Source: Macrostomum hystrix
Taxonomy: Eukaryota > Animalia > Platyhelminthes
Direction of reading: 5' to 3'
DNA: 64,000 bases
NCBI GenBank assembly: GCA_950097015.1
Contig: CATNEN010000011.1
Location: forward strand, 3,534,001 to 3,598,000
Shown here: positions 60,480 through 64,000 of the stretch, in pieces
How positions within the stretch are numbered: the stretch's first letter is position 1
How the letters are laid out: every line of letters begins with the position of its first letter
Position numbers and translations under genes: made by a program
The notes under the pieces: generated by a model
Databases searched by the model: none
The model's input: the letters and a program-made list of their open reading frames with translations, nothing else
Told to the model about the DNA's origin: nothing

Positions 60480-62555
60480 GTCTACCTCTCACCATTCTAC
60501 TGTCACTAACCTGTCAACCTCTCACCATTCTACTGTCACTAACCTGTCTACCTCTCACCATTCTACTGTCACTAACCTGTCTACCTCTCACCATTCTACT
60601 GTCACTAACCTGTCTACTTCTCATCATTCTACTGTCTCTGATCTGTCTACCTCTCACCATTCTACTGTCTCTGATCCGTCTACCTCTCACCATTCTACTG
60701 TCACTAACCTGTCTACCTCTCACCATTCTACTGTCACTAACCTGTCTACCTCTCACCATTCTACTGTCACTAACCTGTCTACCTCTCACCATTCTACTGT
60801 CACTAACCTGTCTACTTCTCATCATTCTACTGTCTCTGATCTGTCTACCTCTCACCATTCTACTGTCTCTGATCCGTCTACCTCTCACCATTCTACTGTC
60901 ACTAACCTTTCTACCTCTCACCATTCTACTGTCACTAACCTGTCTACCTCTAACCATTTCACTATCTCTGATCTGTCTACCTCTCACCATTCTACTGTCA
61001 CTAACCTTTCTACCTCTCACCATTCTACTGTCACTAACCTGTCTACCTCTAACCATTTCACTATCTCTGATCTGTCTACCTCTCACCATTCTACTGTCAC
61101 TAACCTGTCTACCTCTCACCATTCTACTGTCACTAACCTGTCTACCTCTCACCATTCTACTGTCACTAACCTGTCTACCTCTCACCATTCTACTGTCACT
61201 AACCTGTCTACTTCTCATCATTCTACTGTCTCTGATCTGTCTACCTCTCACCATTCTACTGTCTCTGATCCGTCTACCTCTCACCATTCTACTGTCACTA
61301 ACCTGTCTACCTCTCACCATTCTACTGTCACTAACCTGTCTACCTCTCACCATTCTACTGTCACTAACCTGTCTACCTCTCACCATTCTACTGTCACTAA
61401 CCTGTCTACTTCTCATCATTCTACTGTCTCTGATCTGTCTACCTCTCACCATTCTACTGTCTCTGATCCGTCTACCTCTCACCATTCTACTGTCACTAAC
61501 CTTTCTACCTCTCACCATTCTACTGTCACTAACCTGTCTACCTCTAACCATTTCACTATCTCTGATCTGTCTACCTCTCACCATTCTACTGTCACTAACC
61601 TGTCTACCTCTCACCATTCTACTGTCACTAACCTGTCTACCTCTCACCATTCTACTGTCACTAACCTGTCTACCTCTCACCATTCTACTGTCACTAACCT
61701 GTCTACTTCTCATCATTCTAGTGTCTCTGATCTGTCTACCTCTCACCATTCTACTGTCTCTGATCCGTCTACCTCTCACCATTCTACTGTCACTAACCTG
61801 TCTACCTCTCACCATTCTACTGTCACTAACCTGTCTACCTCTCACCATTCTACTGTCACTAACCTGTCTACCTCTCACCATTCTACTGTCACTAACCTGT
61901 CTACTTCTCATCATTCTACTGTCTCTGATCTGTCTACCTCTCACCATTCTACTGTCTCTGATCCGTCTACCTCTCACCATTCTACTGTCACTAACCTTTC
62001 TACCTCTCACCATTCTACTGTCACTAACCTGTCTACCTCTAACCATTTCACTATCTCTGATCTGTCTACCTCTCACCATTCTACTGTCACTAACCTGTCT
62101 ACCTCTCACCATTCTACTGTCACTAACCTGTCTACCTCTCACCATTCCACTATCTCTGATCTGTCTACCTGTCACCATTCTACTGTCTCTGACCTGTCTA
62201 CCTCTCACCATTCCATTATCTGTGATATTTCTACCTCTCACCCTTCTACTGTCACTAACCTTTCTACTTCTCATCATTCTACTGTCTCTGATCTGTCTAC
62301 CTCTCACCATTCTACTGTCTCTGACCTGTCTACCTCTCACCATTCTACTGTCTCTGACCTGTCTGCCTGTCACCATTCTACTGTCTCTGACCTGTCTACC
62401 TCTCACCATTCTACTGTCTCTGATCTGTCTACCTCTCACCATTCTACTGTCTCTGACCTGTCTACCTCTCACCATTCTACTGTCTCTGATCTGTCTACCA
62501 CTCATCCTTTCTACTGTCACTAACCTGTCTACCTCTCACCATTCTACTGTCTCTA
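60480..62555. repeat. 33-bp minisatellite with 198- and 495-bp higher-order structure
   Basis: Unit AACCTGTCTACCTCTCACCATTCTACTGTCACT; the diagnostic variant CTTCTCATCA recurs at 198-bp (61211/61409) and 495-bp (61211/61706) spacing. Confidence 0.97.
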
Positions 62556-63009
62556 ACCAGTCTGAAGCTATTTCGGAATCTTCTAAATCAGTTGCACAAC
62601 ACAATTGCTTCTCGCTATGTCAAGTCAAGTCGGTTCTAGTTTTCTCGCAGATGAAATCGAGTAAGCACGCACCTGTCAACGGTCAAGGGCGGGTCTTCCT
62701 TTACCAGGTCCTGCGCGTAAACACAAGACAGAGACAAACAAGTGACTCTTGTTTTGAGGAAAAAAAATTTTAGTAAAATGCGCGCACTTGTTAAAGCAAA
62801 AGATTTCGGAAGTTTGGCGGGCTGAAAAAGATTTTAATCTTCTAGCAATGTCGAAAGGATTAGGCAAAATTTACAAATCAAATTGTAGCATTTCTTTAAA
62901 AATACTGTCTTTGTGTCTGACCGATAGATGGGGACAATTTACAACAGGACGACTAAAACATACAGGCAATGGCAGGTAAAAGATGTCCGAAAATATGAAA
63001 ATAAAAAAC

Positions 63010-63925
63010 ACATCAGAGACAGACACATCAGAGACAGACACATCAGAGACAGACACATCAGAGACAGACACATCAGAGACAGACACATCAAAGAGACAGA
63101 CACATCAAAGAGACAGACACATCAGACAGAGACACATCAGAGACAGAGACACATCAGAGACAGACACATCAAAGAGACAGAGACACATCAGAGACAGACA
63201 CATCAGAGACAGACACATCAGAGACAGACACATCAGAGACAGGCACATCAGAGACAGACACATCAGAGACAGACACATCAAAGAGACAGAGACACATTAG
63301 AGACAGACACATCAAAGAGACAGACACATCAGAGACAGACACATCAGAGACAGACACATCAAAGAGACAGACACATCAGAGACAGACACATCAGAGACAG
63401 ACACATCAGAGACAGACACATCAGAGACAGACACATCAAAGAGACAGACACATCAGAGACAGACACATCAGAGACAGACACATCAAAGAGACAGAGACAC
63501 ATCAGAGACAGACACATCAAAGAGACAGAGACACATCAGAGACAGACACATCAGAGACAGACACATCAGAGACAGACACATCAGAGACAGACACATCAAA
63601 GAGACAGACACATCAGAGACAGACACATCAGAGACAGACACATCAAAGAGACAGACACATCAGAGACAGACACATCAGAGACAGACACATCAGAGACAGA
63701 CACATCAGAGACAGACACATCAAAGAGACAGACACATCAGAGACAGACACATCAGAGACAGACACATCAGAGACAGACACATCAGAGACAGACACATCAG
63801 AGACAGACACATCAGAGACAGACACATCAGAGACAGACACATCAGAGACAGACACATCAGAGACAGACACATCAGAGACAGACACATCAGAGACAGACAC
63901 ATCAGAGACAGACACACCAGAGACA
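63010..63925. repeat. 15-bp minisatellite (CATCAGAGACAGACA)n with 17-bp variants
   Basis: About 60 tandem units. Confidence 0.97.
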
Positions 63926-64000
63926 TCTGAAATATAGAGGCACTTAAATTGCATCCCAGGTCTAGCATGTGTCCGCAGACATTGCTTTGCAGTCTCTGAT

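Noticed and set aside
45050-63925. Tandem arrays as possible CRISPR arrays
   Set aside because: Head-to-tail units with no unique spacers, no cas genes and a eukaryotic context.
62928-63968. RDRHI/QRQTH/SETDT repeat ORFs
   Set aside because: 15-bp satellite with frame-shifting 17-bp variants; open in many frames.

Overview
Eukaryotic (intron-containing, invertebrate-type) genomic DNA; the organism cannot be fixed from sequence alone, although very short introns, dense minisatellites and GC-rich low-complexity exons would fit a flatworm such as Macrostomum (guess). The window has two parts. (1) 1-36.6 kb: a cluster of four recent paralogues of a multi-exon type-I membrane protein (signal peptide - CUB - CUB - up to three ~105-aa Cys-containing, probably Ig-like modules - TM - short tail), oriented <- <- -> <-. 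Two decayed, more divergent CUB exons, a dead Ty3/Gypsy LTR element, LINE remnants, two tRNA-SINE families and MITEs are interspersed. Paralogue 3 (19162-26911, +) can be spliced by hand into an intact ~670-aa ORF; the others differ in module number and TM/tail status, and a CUB2 ligand-binding loop is hypervariable. (2) 37.8-55.2 kb: a KCNQ (Kv7) potassium-channel gene on the minus strand, reconstructed exon by exon with consistent phases (>=1090 aa). Its 111-nt pore/S6 exon is present twice: a canonical GYGD copy and a divergent GYGQ/PPG copy with intact splice sites. A ~60-nt intronic element between them is complementary to the 3' splice site and selectivity-filter codons of BOTH copies, a candidate competing-RNA-structure switch for mutually exclusive pore splicing. 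The last 8 kb is mostly minisatellite (10-, 33- and 15-bp units). No rRNA, true tRNA or CRISPR array was found. All exon models are manual and lack transcript support.
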